Shown: positions 28,114-39,294 of the stretch, piece after piece
How the letters are laid out: every line of letters starts with the position of its first letter
How positions within the stretch are numbered: position 1 is the stretch's first letter
Virus record (IMG/VR): IMGVR_UViG_3300042868_010462
Location: 83,875 to 147,874 of that record
Origin: a virus
Direction: 5' to 3' (one strand)
Length of the DNA: 64,000 bases
Notes under the pieces: generated by a model
The model's input: only the letters and a program-made list of their open reading frames with translations
Database searches by the model: none
What the model was told of the DNA's origin: nothing
Program-made: the position numbers and the translations under genes

Positions 28114-30237
28114 TTATTTTATGTTTATTTTCATTTTAGTACCAATATCATTTTTTTCACATGTAATTTCAAATCCGTGTTCTTCTAAAATTGCAACACA
28201 AATATTTAACCCTAATCCTGTACCACTCTCTTTTTGTCCTTCTTTTCTTGTATATGGTTTTGATAAATGGTCGAAATCTTGTTGAGTGATTCCTCTACCA
28301 TTATCTTGTATTATTAACAAATCCCCCTCCATAAATATTTTAACAAATTTCGTATCAGAATCGTTATATTTCAAACCATTTCTTATCAGATTATCAATTG
28401 ATGTACAAAACAATGACTCATTCACATCTTTAGTTATTAATTCCTCGATATGAACCTGACTTTTGTATGAGGTTGTTGTTAAGTAACTTTCTAAAATACT
28501 TTTTAGATTACATTCTGTTTTATTTAATACAACATCTTTTTTTACTAAGTTTGTAAATTCATAAACACCTTTATAAACTTTTTGAGCATGGCTCAACCCA
28601 TCTTTAATCATTTTAAATGGTGCTGTTATTTTTAACTCCTCTATTTGTTCAATAGTTAATCTTCGTTCTAATGAACTAACTCCCCTAGGTATGTATGTGT
28701 TAATACCTGAGTGCATATCGTGTCTTAGAATCTTTGCTGCGTGTTCTAAATAAGTGTTCTTTTTCTCAATTTCTATTGATTGTGTAATTCTATCAGTTAT
28801 ATCTGTTGCAATTTTCATTACTCTTTGTACTTTACCATCTATATCAAATACAGGATTATATGAAGCTTGAATCCAAACTTTGTTTTTATCTTTAGTAAAC
28901 CTTAAAAACTCATCAGTAACATATTCTCCACTTTTTAACAATTTCCAAAACTCTTTATATTCAGGAGATTTTGAATATTCCTTTGAAACAAAAATCTTAT
29001 GATGTTTACCTTTTAATTCTTTTTCTTCATAACCCATTTTTTCACAGAATAAACTATTAGCAAACATAATTTTACCATCCAAATCAAACTCAATAACCAT
29101 ATTCGATGTATTAATAGCATTCATCCTATTTTTTATATCAATTTCTTTTTTCTTGACTTCTGTTACATCATATCTGATTGACATATACCCCAAAAACTTA
29201 CCATTTTCATCAAAATCACCTTTTATATATGAATCAACCCAATATAAGTTACCATTTTTATCCCTATTTGTAACAATCTCATTCCAAATCTTTTTCTCAA
29301 CGACAACATCTTTGTACATATTAGCCCAAAACTCCTTGGGATGTTTACCCGAATTAACAATACTATGGTCTTTTCCTCTTACTTCATCTAAAGACCATCC
29401 AGATACTTCCTCAAACTTTTTATTTACATATGTTATTCTACCTTTATTGTCCGCTTTAGAAACCAAAACAGATGTATCAACAAACTTTTCGAACTCTTGT
29501 AAATTACCTCTCAAAATATTACTTTCTTTAACCGAATAAGCAAAAGAATATAGTGATGATAACATTTGAGCAAAGTTAACTTCTAATCCAATCCATTCCC
29601 TTAATGTTTTACTCTCAATACACACAACACCAATTACATCGCCTCTGTACATAATTGGAACATCCAACATAGATTTAATACCAAGGGGTTTCAAATACCC
29701 TTCAACAAAACAATATGTTGCGGTATGAGTTTCAGCATTGTTTGCAATAATAATCGGATTGATTTCTAAGTGTTCAAAATAGGCGATAAAATCTTTTTTA
29801 TACATTTCCGCCCCACTATACCATTCATCTTCTTTTTTAATATAAAGTTGTTGACAGATAATTGAGGTTTTATCTGAATTATATAACCAAATTGAACATC
29901 TATCAGCATCAATTGATTCTGTTACTTCCTTTGTTAAAGTTTTTGCCCCATCCTTTACATTTCCTTGATAAAATAATGAATTGTGTGATTGTGATATAAG
30001 AACTTTGTTAAGTTTTTTGGAGTATTGTGTTAATTTTATATTATGTTTTAATTTATTAGTATATTCTTTTACCAAGATTGAAAAGAATGGTAAAAAAACA
30101 ATAAAACAAGATAATTCAATTATTTTGATTAATTGTAGTGCGTCATTTATAAAAAATAATGAAATCATCTTCATTATAAAGAAAATTGACATAATTAAAA
30201 CTGAAAAGTAAATAGAAATTTTAACCTTGATTGACAT
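28114..30237 (-). CDS. membrane sensor histidine kinase (GAF-PAS-PAS-kinase)
   Basis: GAF SMLDVPI; two PAS/PAC; H-box LRHDM; N-box NLIRNGLKY; DNGRG; GTGLGL. Confidence 0.92.
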   Translation of the reverse strand: MSIKVKISIYFSVLIMSIFFIMKMISLFFINDALQLIKIIELSCFIVFLPFFSILVKEYTNKLKHNIKLTQYSKKLNKVLISQSHNSLFYQGNVKDGAKTLTKEVTESIDADRCSIWLYNSDKTSIICQQLYIKKEDEWYSGAEMYKKDFIAYFEHLEINPIIIANNAETHTATYCFVEGYLKPLGIKSMLDVPIMYRGDVIGVVCIESKTLREWIGLEVNFAQMLSSLYSFAYSVKESNILRGNLQEFEKFVDTSVLVSKADNKGRITYVNKKFEEVSGWSLDEVRGKDHSIVNSGKHPKEFWANMYKDVVVEKKIWNEIVTNRDKNGNLYWVDSYIKGDFDENGKFLGYMSIRYDVTEVKKKEIDIKNRMNAINTSNMVIEFDLDGKIMFANSLFCEKMGYEEKELKGKHHKIFVSKEYSKSPEYKEFWKLLKSGEYVTDEFLRFTKDKNKVWIQASYNPVFDIDGKVQRVMKIATDITDRITQSIEIEKKNTYLEHAAKILRHDMHSGINTYIPRGVSSLERRLTIEQIEELKITAPFKMIKDGLSHAQKVYKGVYEFTNLVKKDVVLNKTECNLKSILESYLTTTSYKSQVHIEELITKDVNESLFCTSIDNLIRNGLKYNDSDTKFVKIFMEGDLLIIQDNGRGITQQDFDHLSKPYTRKEGQKESGTGLGLNICVAILEEHGFEITCEKNDIGTKMKINIK

Positions 30238-30311
30238 AATTGATAACTTTTTTTTATATAAATACTAACTGAACCTAGTTAATTGGTATTTATAAAAAAA
30301 ACTATAAAACT

Positions 30312-31115
30312 ATGTTAAAAATCGGTTCACAAGGAGAATTAGTTAAACAACTCCAAACAAAATTAGGCGTTACTGCCGATGGTGCATTCGGTCCTGGTAC
30401 TGACAAAGCACTTAAAGAATGGCAAACTAAAAATGGTTTAGTTGCTGATGGTATTGCAGGTCCTGCAACACTTGAGAAAATGGGGGTATCTCTTCCAAAA
30501 GTCGAAAAAGAGACATTAAAATTGGACAAACTTAAAGGACAAATTCCTGATTCAGTAATCAATGAAATTAATGCCAATGGTGAAAAGTTCGGTATTATCA
30601 CGAATTTGAGATTGACACACTTTTTAGCACAATGTTCAACAGAATCAGGTAACTTCAAAGCTGTTAATGAGAATCTTAATTACTCAAAGGATGGTTTGAT
30701 GAAAATTTTTCCAAAGTATTTTCCTGGTAACTTAGCTGAATCTTACGCTTATAAACCTGAGAAAATTGCATCTCGTGTTTATGGAAGTAGATTGGGTAAT
30801 GGTGATGAAACAACTAAAGAAGGTTGGAAATATCGTGGAGCAGGTTTTATACAGTTGACAGGAAAAGACAACTTCAAAAAATTTGGTGAGTTTTTAGGTG
30901 AAGATTTAGTAACAAATCCAGACTTAGTTGCAACGAAATACCCTTTAACTTCCGCAGCATTCTTTTTCAATAGTAACAATCTTTGGTCTGTTTGCGACCG
31001 TGGTACTGGTGAAGATGTTGTAACAGAAGTAAGTAGAAGAGTAAATGGTGGATTCAATGGTTTAGACCACAGAAAACACGAGTTCAAAAGATTCGAAAAA
31101 TTACTTTTAGCTTAA
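30312..31115 (+). CDS. endolysin: PG-binding domain plus GH19
   Basis: ADGAFGPGT; HFLAQC..ES; YRGAGFIQLTGKDN; VNGGFNGL. Confidence 0.9.
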   Translation: MLKIGSQGELVKQLQTKLGVTADGAFGPGTDKALKEWQTKNGLVADGIAGPATLEKMGVSLPKVEKETLKLDKLKGQIPDSVINEINANGEKFGIITNLRLTHFLAQCSTESGNFKAVNENLNYSKDGLMKIFPKYFPGNLAESYAYKPEKIASRVYGSRLGNGDETTKEGWKYRGAGFIQLTGKDNFKKFGEFLGEDLVTNPDLVATKYPLTSAAFFFNSNNLWSVCDRGTGEDVVTEVSRRVNGGFNGLDHRKHEFKRFEKLLLA

Positions 31116-31151
31116 AAAAATTAAACCCCACTTTTTAGGTGGGGTTTTTTA

Positions 31152-31832
31152 TTATAAGAACTCAATTTCGTTTGTCTCAGGATTCCATTCGATTGTAAGT
31201 GGTTTGTGATGGTAATTATAACTTTCATTTAATACTGCGGCATTAATGTAGTGAGTGTCACCATCAAATGTGTAACCATATCCTGTGTGAATGTGTCCAC
31301 ACACATGAATCTTTGGTTTAATTTCTTTGATTCTATCAGTCAATAATTCACAACCAAGATTTTCAGGTCTACCAATTACTTTATCAACATAACCATAAGC
31401 AGGTCCGTGAGTAATTAATATGTCTGTATTATTTGGAATGTTACCCCACTTTTCTTTTAACTCATAACCATTCCTTGGAAGATTGAATGCCCAATTATAA
31501 AACTCAGGTTGCCAAGGACTACCATAAACACTTACAAGTTTTTCACCCACCAATACTTCATTATCTTCTATATATGTTATGTCACTATAGAAGTCCAAGA
31601 TTTCTTTTACTTTCTCAGTATTGATTTGGAATCCCCAATCGTGGTTACCCGCAATGAATACTTTGTGAGTGTAATTGTCCAAACTATTGTACCATTTACA
31701 GAACTCACGAATTTCGTGTTCATAACCCATAGAAGATATATCACCAGCATGGATTAACAAATCACCACCAGGTAAATCATCAGTAACAAACTTGTGTTTG
31801 TTGTGTGTGTCAGATATAAATGTTATTTTCAT
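31152..31832 (-). CDS. calcineurin-like metallophosphoesterase
   Basis: SDTH, HAGD, AGNHD, THGP, GHIH. Confidence 0.92.
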   Translation of the reverse strand: MKITFISDTHNKHKFVTDDLPGGDLLIHAGDISSMGYEHEIREFCKWYNSLDNYTHKVFIAGNHDWGFQINTEKVKEILDFYSDITYIEDNEVLVGEKLVSVYGSPWQPEFYNWAFNLPRNGYELKEKWGNIPNNTDILITHGPAYGYVDKVIGRPENLGCELLTDRIKEIKPKIHVCGHIHTGYGYTFDGDTHYINAAVLNESYNYHHKPLTIEWNPETNEIEFL

Positions 31833-31895
31833 AATTGTTGTATTGTCTTTATTTTAATACAAATATAAAGATATTTATGAATAAAAAATACAAAA

Positions 31896-32876
31896 ATGAA
31901 AACAATTATTAGATTAACAGAAAATGATTTATACAAAATTGTTAAGAGAGTAATCTCAGAACAAGTAAGTGATGAAAACAAAGCAGGAAATTACCTTAAA
32001 AATAGTGTCCCATATTCTTTCAAAGGTCTATTTCCAATAAGACCAGATGTACAAAGTGCAACAATAACCTTCGATAGAACCCTTGGTAACATACCATCAC
32101 CTCAAATTACCAAACAACCTATCAATGTTGCAGGTATTGAAAATGGTGTTCATTTTTTTATTAAAGATGAATCAGAAAGTCTGAAGTCTTATTTGAACTC
32201 CGTTTTGACTATGAACCTAAATAGTCTTGCAGGAAAACTAACAATAAATGGACAACCTTTAGACCAAGGGAGACCAGTTGACGAACCAAATGTAGGACCT
32301 ACTTTTTACACAATTAGTAATGAGTTTAATAAATTGATTGGTGACCTTTCTTCAGGATTAGGTTTGTCAGGAAATCTGAACCCAAACAACGTTATGACAT
32401 TTGTTAATTCAGTACCATCTATGACTAGAGATGAATTAAATAATATTATGAGAGCTGTAGAAAGTTTCAGAAAAGCATTCGGAAACTTCAAGACTGAGTT
32501 TGAAAAAAAGGGTGTTCAAGGACTTGATTTAGGTAAATTTTCTAACGTTGAAAAATATGGTCAAGCTTACTTTGGTGATAAAATGCAAGTGTATCTAACA
32601 TTACAAGTTGATGATACAGGTGATGACCAATTGGATTCTAAATATGAAACATTCCGTGATATGATTGGACAACAATATTTGGAATTTGTAAAAAATGGAA
32701 TAAAACAGAATAACATTTTTATACCTTCTTTAGAATCATTGTTTAAGGCGAGTCCAAGAATTAAAAACGAAATTGATAAAGGCGGTATTGGGGGAATGAA
32801 CAAACTAAATCCTAAAATAAGTAAACTTGTTGTTGTGGTTTATTCACCAAATCCTGGAGGTGTAGAACTTGCTTAA
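31896..32876 (+). CDS. hypothetical protein with MKTIIRLTENDL leader
   Basis: ORF track. Confidence 0.75.
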   Translation: MKTIIRLTENDLYKIVKRVISEQVSDENKAGNYLKNSVPYSFKGLFPIRPDVQSATITFDRTLGNIPSPQITKQPINVAGIENGVHFFIKDESESLKSYLNSVLTMNLNSLAGKLTINGQPLDQGRPVDEPNVGPTFYTISNEFNKLIGDLSSGLGLSGNLNPNNVMTFVNSVPSMTRDELNNIMRAVESFRKAFGNFKTEFEKKGVQGLDLGKFSNVEKYGQAYFGDKMQVYLTLQVDDTGDDQLDSKYETFRDMIGQQYLEFVKNGIKQNNIFIPSLESLFKASPRIKNEIDKGGIGGMNKLNPKISKLVVVVYSPNPGGVELA

Positions 32877-32909
32877 AATATAAAAACACTACTTACGTAG
32901 TGTTTTTTT

Positions 32910-33632
32910 TTACCATTCCTTGTCTTGGAAGTCTGTGTAGTAAACCTTATTAGTGTAGTTAAATGAAAACTTTTCATTCTTGATTAGAGTTTTACAATAG
33001 TCTTTGTTTGGAAGTGATTTAGATAAGTAACTCATAAATGTTCTATCAATCCAAGCGGCTAATACATCATCCTTGTCATTACTATTGATATTCATCTTTT
33101 CTTCTGAGGATAGTGAATTGAACCAAGTCATAGCTAATGTGTAACTTTTATCAGTTATTCTATCAAAGTGAACTTCAACAGACTCAACTAATCTACCATT
33201 GTAAATCAACTCCACTCTAAAATCATACTTTGTTTTGTACTCAACAATACTATCAACGTAGAAAATAGAAAAAGGAATGTAATTCAAAGAATAATTTACC
33301 TTTTGATTCAAGTCAATTTTTAATCTTGTGGTATTGAAAGAAATGAAACTAGGTTTTGAATGATTGTCAATTGAAAAAACAGAATTAACCTCAGTTACAT
33401 ATTTTTGGGCATCAACAAACATAATATCATCACCATCGAAGTAATGTTTGTTTTTATTAACATCATTACCTTCAGCAATGTACAATTTGTTAGTTCTTAT
33501 GATACCATTAGTAACATCAGAAATTGTGTCAATTGATTTAGATGGTAATGTTAAATCACCTACCATCATTGTAACTTGACAAAAAATAGATGTGGAAACC
33601 AAAAATGAAAGGAATAAAATACTTGTTCTCAT
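32910..33632 (-). CDS. hypothetical secreted protein
   Basis: Signal peptide ending in Q, Bacteroidota style. Confidence 0.7.
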   Translation of the reverse strand: MRTSILFLSFLVSTSIFCQVTMMVGDLTLPSKSIDTISDVTNGIIRTNKLYIAEGNDVNKNKHYFDGDDIMFVDAQKYVTEVNSVFSIDNHSKPSFISFNTTRLKIDLNQKVNYSLNYIPFSIFYVDSIVEYKTKYDFRVELIYNGRLVESVEVHFDRITDKSYTLAMTWFNSLSSEEKMNINSNDKDDVLAAWIDRTFMSYLSKSLPNKDYCKTLIKNEKFSFNYTNKVYYTDFQDKEW

Positions 33633-33710
33633 AATCTCATCGTTTTTTTTTACAAGATAAACATATTTATTATAAAATAATAGAAAATAAAAAAAATTAA
33701 AAAATAAATT

Positions 33711-34088
33711 ATGAGAAGAACTGTAAGATTAACTGAAAGTGATTTAGTTAAATTAGTAAAAAGAGTAATCAGTGAACAAGCAACAAGTTGTATGGAACCA
33801 TTACAATCTCATTTAGAGGGTATGATGAACTTAGGTCCTAATTTCAAAGAAGGCCAAAAGAAACCATATAGAGATTTGCTTATTCAAAATTGTAGTGCTC
33901 TTGAAAGTTACATAAAAAGTAACCCTAATGTACAATTTGGTACAGAAACATTAAAAGCAAATAAGACAGCATTTGCATGTGTAACTTCTGTTAATTTTGG
34001 CAACAAAGAAGAGGATAAAGATATGGCTGTTGCTTTAGCTAAAGTTGGGGCTTTTGTAAATTGTGTAAAAGGTTCTGGTGGTAAATAA
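33711..34088 (+). CDS. hypothetical protein with MRRTVRLTESDL leader
   Basis: ORF track. Confidence 0.75.
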   Translation: MRRTVRLTESDLVKLVKRVISEQATSCMEPLQSHLEGMMNLGPNFKEGQKKPYRDLLIQNCSALESYIKSNPNVQFGTETLKANKTAFACVTSVNFGNKEEDKDMAVALAKVGAFVNCVKGSGGK

Positions 34089-34146
34089 AAAAAAAGGATA
34101 ATTATTATAAAAAAAACGAACTTAAACTAAGTTCGTTTTTTTTTAT

Positions 34147-34635
34147 TTAATCGAAGTGTGTTACTAAATAATCATTCTTTTGACTATAATATATAGACAC
34201 AAAAAACATCTTTTTTTCTGATGAGTTCTTTGATTTATATTCTATTACGATTCTTTCACCTTTATCCGATAAAAAATGTCTTGAGCTATGATAAGGAGTT
34301 CCCTCTTCATACAAAAAGGTTAAAAATAAAAATTTTTTTTCGATATCAGAATTACTATTAAGCACCAATAGATTTTCATATTCATAAAAAGTAATTAAAT
34401 TATTTTGTTCCTCAATTATTCTATCATCATCGAGTGTACGTATTTGTTTTATGTTAGAATCCAAAGTGTCTATTCTACTATCAATTAAATCAGTTTTATT
34501 AAAATAAAAACCAATTTCTTTGAGTCCTTCTAATTCTAATGAATCCCATGTTGGTTCAGAATTAGGTATTCTTGATTGAGAATTAATATTTTGGGATGTA
34601 AAAACGAACAAGAAAAATAAAATTAAATTTTTCAT
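34147..34635 (-). CDS. hypothetical secreted protein
   Basis: Signal peptide. Confidence 0.65.
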   Translation of the reverse strand: MKNLILFFLFVFTSQNINSQSRIPNSEPTWDSLELEGLKEIGFYFNKTDLIDSRIDTLDSNIKQIRTLDDDRIIEEQNNLITFYEYENLLVLNSNSDIEKKFLFLTFLYEEGTPYHSSRHFLSDKGERIVIEYKSKNSSEKKMFFVSIYYSQKNDYLVTHFD

Positions 34636-34698
34636 ACTTACTAATATTATATGTTTATAAATAAATTATATATACTCAAAAAAAAAGTTTTAGAAAAT

Positions 34699-35256
34699 TT
34701 AATCCCACCAACCTCTCATACCAGAACCATCAAATTGGTCATCCCAATCTTTTTCCTTGTCGAACTTATCGTAGTCTTGTCCCTTCAATATTTCCCACAA
34801 TTCATTCCATTCTTCATTTTCAAGCTCAGTAACCCTATTGAAATATTTGTTGTTGAATTCTTTTTCTTCATCAGAATCATAGTCAACTAGTTCAAAATAA
34901 TCAGGTTTATCCTCACAAGGAACAAATTCGATTTTACTGGTATTGTAACCTCTACCCAATTCTTTTTCAACGATGTCAAAGTATCTGTCCTCACGGATAT
35001 TCTTTAGGATTTCAACAACTCTGTTCATTTTATCAACTTTCTTGAATCGTGGTTTTTCTACCTCATTTCCTTTCACCTTGAGGTTTTTAGCCATATGTTC
35101 AGTAGATATCTCAATGAACCTCAAAGTCCCATTATAATCCCACCAGTGATGATTCCATAGGGCTTTTCTAAATCTCCAAATGTTTTTTAAAAAGTTAGGT
35201 AAATCTTTGAATAGGAATATTCGCAATTCATCATACCAAGTATATCCGTAAGCCAT
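34699..35256 (-). CDS. hypothetical phage protein
   Basis: ORF ending GWWD. Confidence 0.75.
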   Translation of the reverse strand: MAYGYTWYDELRIFLFKDLPNFLKNIWRFRKALWNHHWWDYNGTLRFIEISTEHMAKNLKVKGNEVEKPRFKKVDKMNRVVEILKNIREDRYFDIVEKELGRGYNTSKIEFVPCEDKPDYFELVDYDSDEEKEFNNKYFNRVTELENEEWNELWEILKGQDYDKFDKEKDWDDQFDGSGMRGWWD

Positions 35257-36254
35257 AAATTTTTGTTTTGATTAAAATAAGAAAAATTGTGAAATGTTTG
35301 AAAGAAAGTTCCCTTTCTTTTTTCGTGTTTTAGAAAGTTTACCTTTTTTTTCTTTTTCGAAATTGGAACTAAGTTGCCCCATCTGTTTGTCAGTTAATTC
35401 TTTGTTCCATTTTTTGACATACAACTCGAACAATCTTTCAGTTGTTCTCACTTGTTCTTCGTTCTGACAAGAATCAAGAACTTTCATAACCCAAGTGTAT
35501 TGATTTAGTAACTCGTGCTTTGTCATTTCGATTTATTTTATTGGGTGAACAAATATTTCTCAGACAAAGATAAGTTTTATAATCTAATCCTCAAAATATT
35601 TTACATATTTTTTTATTGTTTGTCTTCTTTTTTTGTCGTCCACATCCGCAAATACATCAACAAGTAAATTATCAATTTTATCAATCAACTTTTTAAAGTT
35701 ACCTCTTACAGGAACTGACTTGTCATCAACTAAAATCCTATATTTACCAAAGTATTCCTGAAATTCTGTTGGAACTTCATTGACTGGAAAATTTCTCCTC
35801 AAATAAACTAAAACTTTATCGTCAGCTTCTGTGTATTTGGCAAGTATATCCTCTTTTTCTTCTTCTGTAAGTACTATTCTTTTCATATTTATATAAATAT
35901 TGATGATTATAACAAATTTACTTATTTTAATCAAATGAAGAAAGGATTATGGATTTTATTGAATAAAGTTTTCAAAAAGGATTTAGAGCTTCTTTATGGT
36001 ATAGGTAGTGATGTAGAAATAACTAACATTATATTCAGTACAAATAATAAAATTCACGTGATTAGTTGTAAGTTAAAAATCGGAGATGTTAAGTTGTATG
36101 AAGACATAGGTGAAACAGGTTTAAATTATCTATTTGAAGAATCTTGGAAGTATTTGGGATTTTATGATAAAAATTTTATGCTACAAATATCTTTTGATTT
36201 GACATTTTAAATTAATGTGATTATTATTCATTCAATAAAACATTACAATTTAAA

Positions 36255-36680
36255 ATGAAAAAAATTCAAGTAGGTGACACCGTTATAGTCAATTATACAG
36301 GAAGATTGGAAGATGGGACAATCTTTGATTCTTCACTTAATGAGGGACGTGAACCATTAACATCAACATTAGGTCAAGGTCAACTCATTTCAGGTTTTGA
36401 GGATGGTTTAATTGATATGGTAGTTGGTGAGACAAAAACAATCGAAATTGAACCTGAGAATGCCTATGGCAATTATCAATCAGAAATGATTACAATAGTA
36501 TCCAAGAGTCAAGTACCTGAAACAATACAAGTTGGTGAAACCCTCCAAGGAAACACACCTAATGGACCGATTATTGTAAAAGTAATTGAAGTGACTGATG
36601 ATTCAGTAACTTTGGATGCTAACCATCCTCTTGCAGGAAAAAAATTAATCTTTGATTTGGAAGTTATGGGTATTTCTTAG
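36255..36680 (+). CDS. slyD: FKBP-type peptidyl-prolyl isomerase (SlyD-like)
   Basis: YTGRLEDGTIFDSS, PENAYG, DANHPLAGKKL.F. Confidence 0.92.
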   Translation: MKKIQVGDTVIVNYTGRLEDGTIFDSSLNEGREPLTSTLGQGQLISGFEDGLIDMVVGETKTIEIEPENAYGNYQSEMITIVSKSQVPETIQVGETLQGNTPNGPIIVKVIEVTDDSVTLDANHPLAGKKLIFDLEVMGIS

Positions 36681-36694
36681 GAAATACCTTTTTT

Positions 36695-37081
36695 TTATTC
36701 ATACATATACTTTTCATCATTTGGGAACTCTTTCTCAAACAACTTTATTAATCTTGCTGAATATGCGTTAGCCTCATCCTCATTAATTCCACCAATGTCA
36801 GGTCCTCTTTCTCTTCCCAAAATTGTCATTTGATATTCATGAATCCATTCATGAGCTAATGTTCTCAATATATCTCGATTCATCCTACCTGATGTTAATA
36901 CTTTCAAGGTATGATTGGTGTTCCTAGACCCAGTAGTCATTACACCTTCCCTTTCACCAAGTAATTCAATAGTCAAGTCGTATTTTAAAGGGTAATTCTT
37001 TTGAATGAATTTAATAAACTCCAAATACAACTTATGTGTGGTCTTTTTTTTATCGTCTTTAAATACAATTTTGACTTTCAT
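36695..37081 (-). CDS. small zincin-like protein
   Basis: LRTLAHEWIHEYQ...EDEAN. Confidence 0.7.
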   Translation of the reverse strand: MKVKIVFKDDKKKTTHKLYLEFIKFIQKNYPLKYDLTIELLGEREGVMTTGSRNTNHTLKVLTSGRMNRDILRTLAHEWIHEYQMTILGRERGPDIGGINEDEANAYSARLIKLFEKEFPNDEKYMYE

Positions 37082-37149
37082 ATCTATAAATATCATTTAT
37101 TATAATTAAAATAAACAATGAATTATTGATATTTATTTAAAAAAGTGTT

Positions 37150-38445
37150 GTGAAAAAAATTGTCATTTCTGAAGAAGAAAAAAAACATATAAAAGGTCTA
37201 TACAAAATTAATGAACAAGGAAAATCTCCTTTAGACATTATTTTTAGTACAGCATTAGATAAATTAGAAAAATTTAGAAGAGGTGAAATTGACCCTGAAG
37301 ATATGACAACATCTGATTCAACATCCGATAGTAGTGAATATGATTCTTCATTAGTATCAAGTTTCGAACCTGGAGAATTTTTTGTACATCCAAATGCTGA
37401 ATCTTTTAAAATTACTTACGGACCATCAGCAATAAAATTAAATTCACCCTCTGAATTGTTACTTAAAAGTATTTTTGCTCAAGCAAATACATCAAATTTG
37501 AAAGTTACAAGTACTTTAAGAACGTATGAAGACCAAGCGAGAGTTAATAAACAAAATAGTAGGTCAAATATAGCATCTTGGTATGGACAAGATGTGGTAA
37601 ATGTTTGGGATAAATATATGTCAGGTGAATTAACACAAAAACAATATGCTGATTTTTTAGAAGATAGAGATAAAAAAAGAGGTAAAGTTTTAAGTAACCA
37701 TATACCTGGATTTGCTATCGATGTTGCACCATATAGTGAACAATTTGCAAGTGCCGCAGAAAAATTAATGAAAACCCCAAACTCTGGGATAAGAAAGGTT
37801 CTAAGAGAAAAGAATAATAACGCTGTTCACATAGAATTCAATTTTCCTGTGACAGATAAAGGTGGTATTGGCACGATTCCAAAAATGCCATCAAAAAAAG
37901 AAGAAAAAAGATTTGATAAACAAATGTCTAAGGGGGGTATCATTGTTGATAAAAATAATAATACATCAAATTATGCAATTGTTTTCGGTGGTTCACCAAG
38001 TAGTTCATATGGTGCTCAGTTTATGTTTGATAAAGGTTCAAAAATACTTTCAGACAAAAATGTAGTTTATAGTAATTTTGAAAATTCATTGGACAATGTT
38101 TTGAATCAGATTAAATTACAAGACCCTAAGGCTAAAATAACTTCAGTAAGTGGATTTTCAGCTGGTGGTAAAAATGCTTGGGAGGCAGCAACTAAAGGTT
38201 ATAAGGTGGGTTTAATTGACCCAGTTGTACCTGATTTTGCAACTCAATTTGTTGGTTCTAATTTTAATGGTGAATTACCCTCAAACATCAAAATGATATC
38301 AAGACAAGAAAATTGGTCGGGGCAATTTAGAAAACATGGTGAAAGATTAAAAAACTTAGAGTCGACTCAACCTGAGGTACGAAGAAATGTTAAACATGCC
38401 GATATGCCAAGTCAATTTTTTAGTGACTTTAAAAACTTTGTGTAA
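37150..38445 (+). CDS. leader-bearing protein: peptidase M15-like region plus alpha/beta-hydrolase-like region
   Basis: TSTLRT..DQ, SNH..GFAIDV, HIE; GFSAGG. Confidence 0.65.
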   Translation: MKKIVISEEEKKHIKGLYKINEQGKSPLDIIFSTALDKLEKFRRGEIDPEDMTTSDSTSDSSEYDSSLVSSFEPGEFFVHPNAESFKITYGPSAIKLNSPSELLLKSIFAQANTSNLKVTSTLRTYEDQARVNKQNSRSNIASWYGQDVVNVWDKYMSGELTQKQYADFLEDRDKKRGKVLSNHIPGFAIDVAPYSEQFASAAEKLMKTPNSGIRKVLREKNNNAVHIEFNFPVTDKGGIGTIPKMPSKKEEKRFDKQMSKGGIIVDKNNNTSNYAIVFGGSPSSSYGAQFMFDKGSKILSDKNVVYSNFENSLDNVLNQIKLQDPKAKITSVSGFSAGGKNAWEAATKGYKVGLIDPVVPDFATQFVGSNFNGELPSNIKMISRQENWSGQFRKHGERLKNLESTQPEVRRNVKHADMPSQFFSDFKNFV

Positions 38446-38457
38446 AAATATTAAATT

Positions 38458-39294
38458 ATGTCAAGAAGAATGATAATCTCAGAAAATGAGAAAAATAGAA
38501 TCAAAAGTTTGTATAAAATAATTGAACAAGAAATAAATCCTTTAGATATTATTTTTAAAACCGCAATGAAAAAACTAGATGATTATAGAAGTGGTAAAAT
38601 TTCACCTGATGCCGATAATAAAGATACCGAATCAGATACTGAAATCGATGATAAAACTACTCCGTATAAATCAAGTGGTAAAGGCGATTTTTATGACATA
38701 ACAAAAAAGGTTATTGAAAATTTTGAAGGCGGTTATTGGAATCCTGAATGTGCTGGTTATCCAGGTTCAAAACATCCTCGTAAAACAGGAATGTATAGTA
38801 GGTCAGGTGAAACAATGTTCGGATTGGATAGAGAAGCAGGTAAGATTGAAGATATATCCTCAGATGGAAAAAAATTCTTTCAGTTGATTGATGACCAAAA
38901 AGAAAAGATGGGTATGGATAATTTTTGTAAAAAATGGACTTGGAATTATAGGGGTGGTGAAATTAAAAATCAATTACTTGATTTAGCAGTAAAAACTATG
39001 AAAAGTTTGTTTGATAAAAATTCAAAAAATTATTTATCTGAAAAAGCAAGAAATATTGTAAATAATAGTAATCCATTATTATTACACTTCTCATACGCCA
39101 CGTGGAATGGTCCTGGTTTCTTCAAAGATTTTGCAAAAAGTATTAATAAAGGTGTTGATGAAGGCAAATCAGAGAAGGAATTAGTCAAAATCGCTAAAAA
39201 CGATAGAGACAGAAGATTAGGTGGTGGTGCATGGGCTAAAGCAAACGAAAAGGTAAAAGCTCTCATTGATAAAGAAGCCTCAGGTATAGTATAA
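38458..39294 (+). CDS. leader-bearing putative lysozyme-like protein
   Basis: FEGGY.N...GET.FG resembles GH108; N-terminus paralogous to 37150. Confidence 0.55.
   Translation: MSRRMIISENEKNRIKSLYKIIEQEINPLDIIFKTAMKKLDDYRSGKISPDADNKDTESDTEIDDKTTPYKSSGKGDFYDITKKVIENFEGGYWNPECAGYPGSKHPRKTGMYSRSGETMFGLDREAGKIEDISSDGKKFFQLIDDQKEKMGMDNFCKKWTWNYRGGEIKNQLLDLAVKTMKSLFDKNSKNYLSEKARNIVNNSNPLLLHFSYATWNGPGFFKDFAKSINKGVDEGKSEKELVKIAKNDRDRRLGGGAWAKANEKVKALIDKEASGIV

Noticed and set aside
23782-30237. Bacterial chromosome origin of the window (dnaK, TCS, IMPDH)
   Set aside because: No grpE/dnaJ or other operon context; surrounded by phage-type ORFs, a tRNA array and phage promoter motifs
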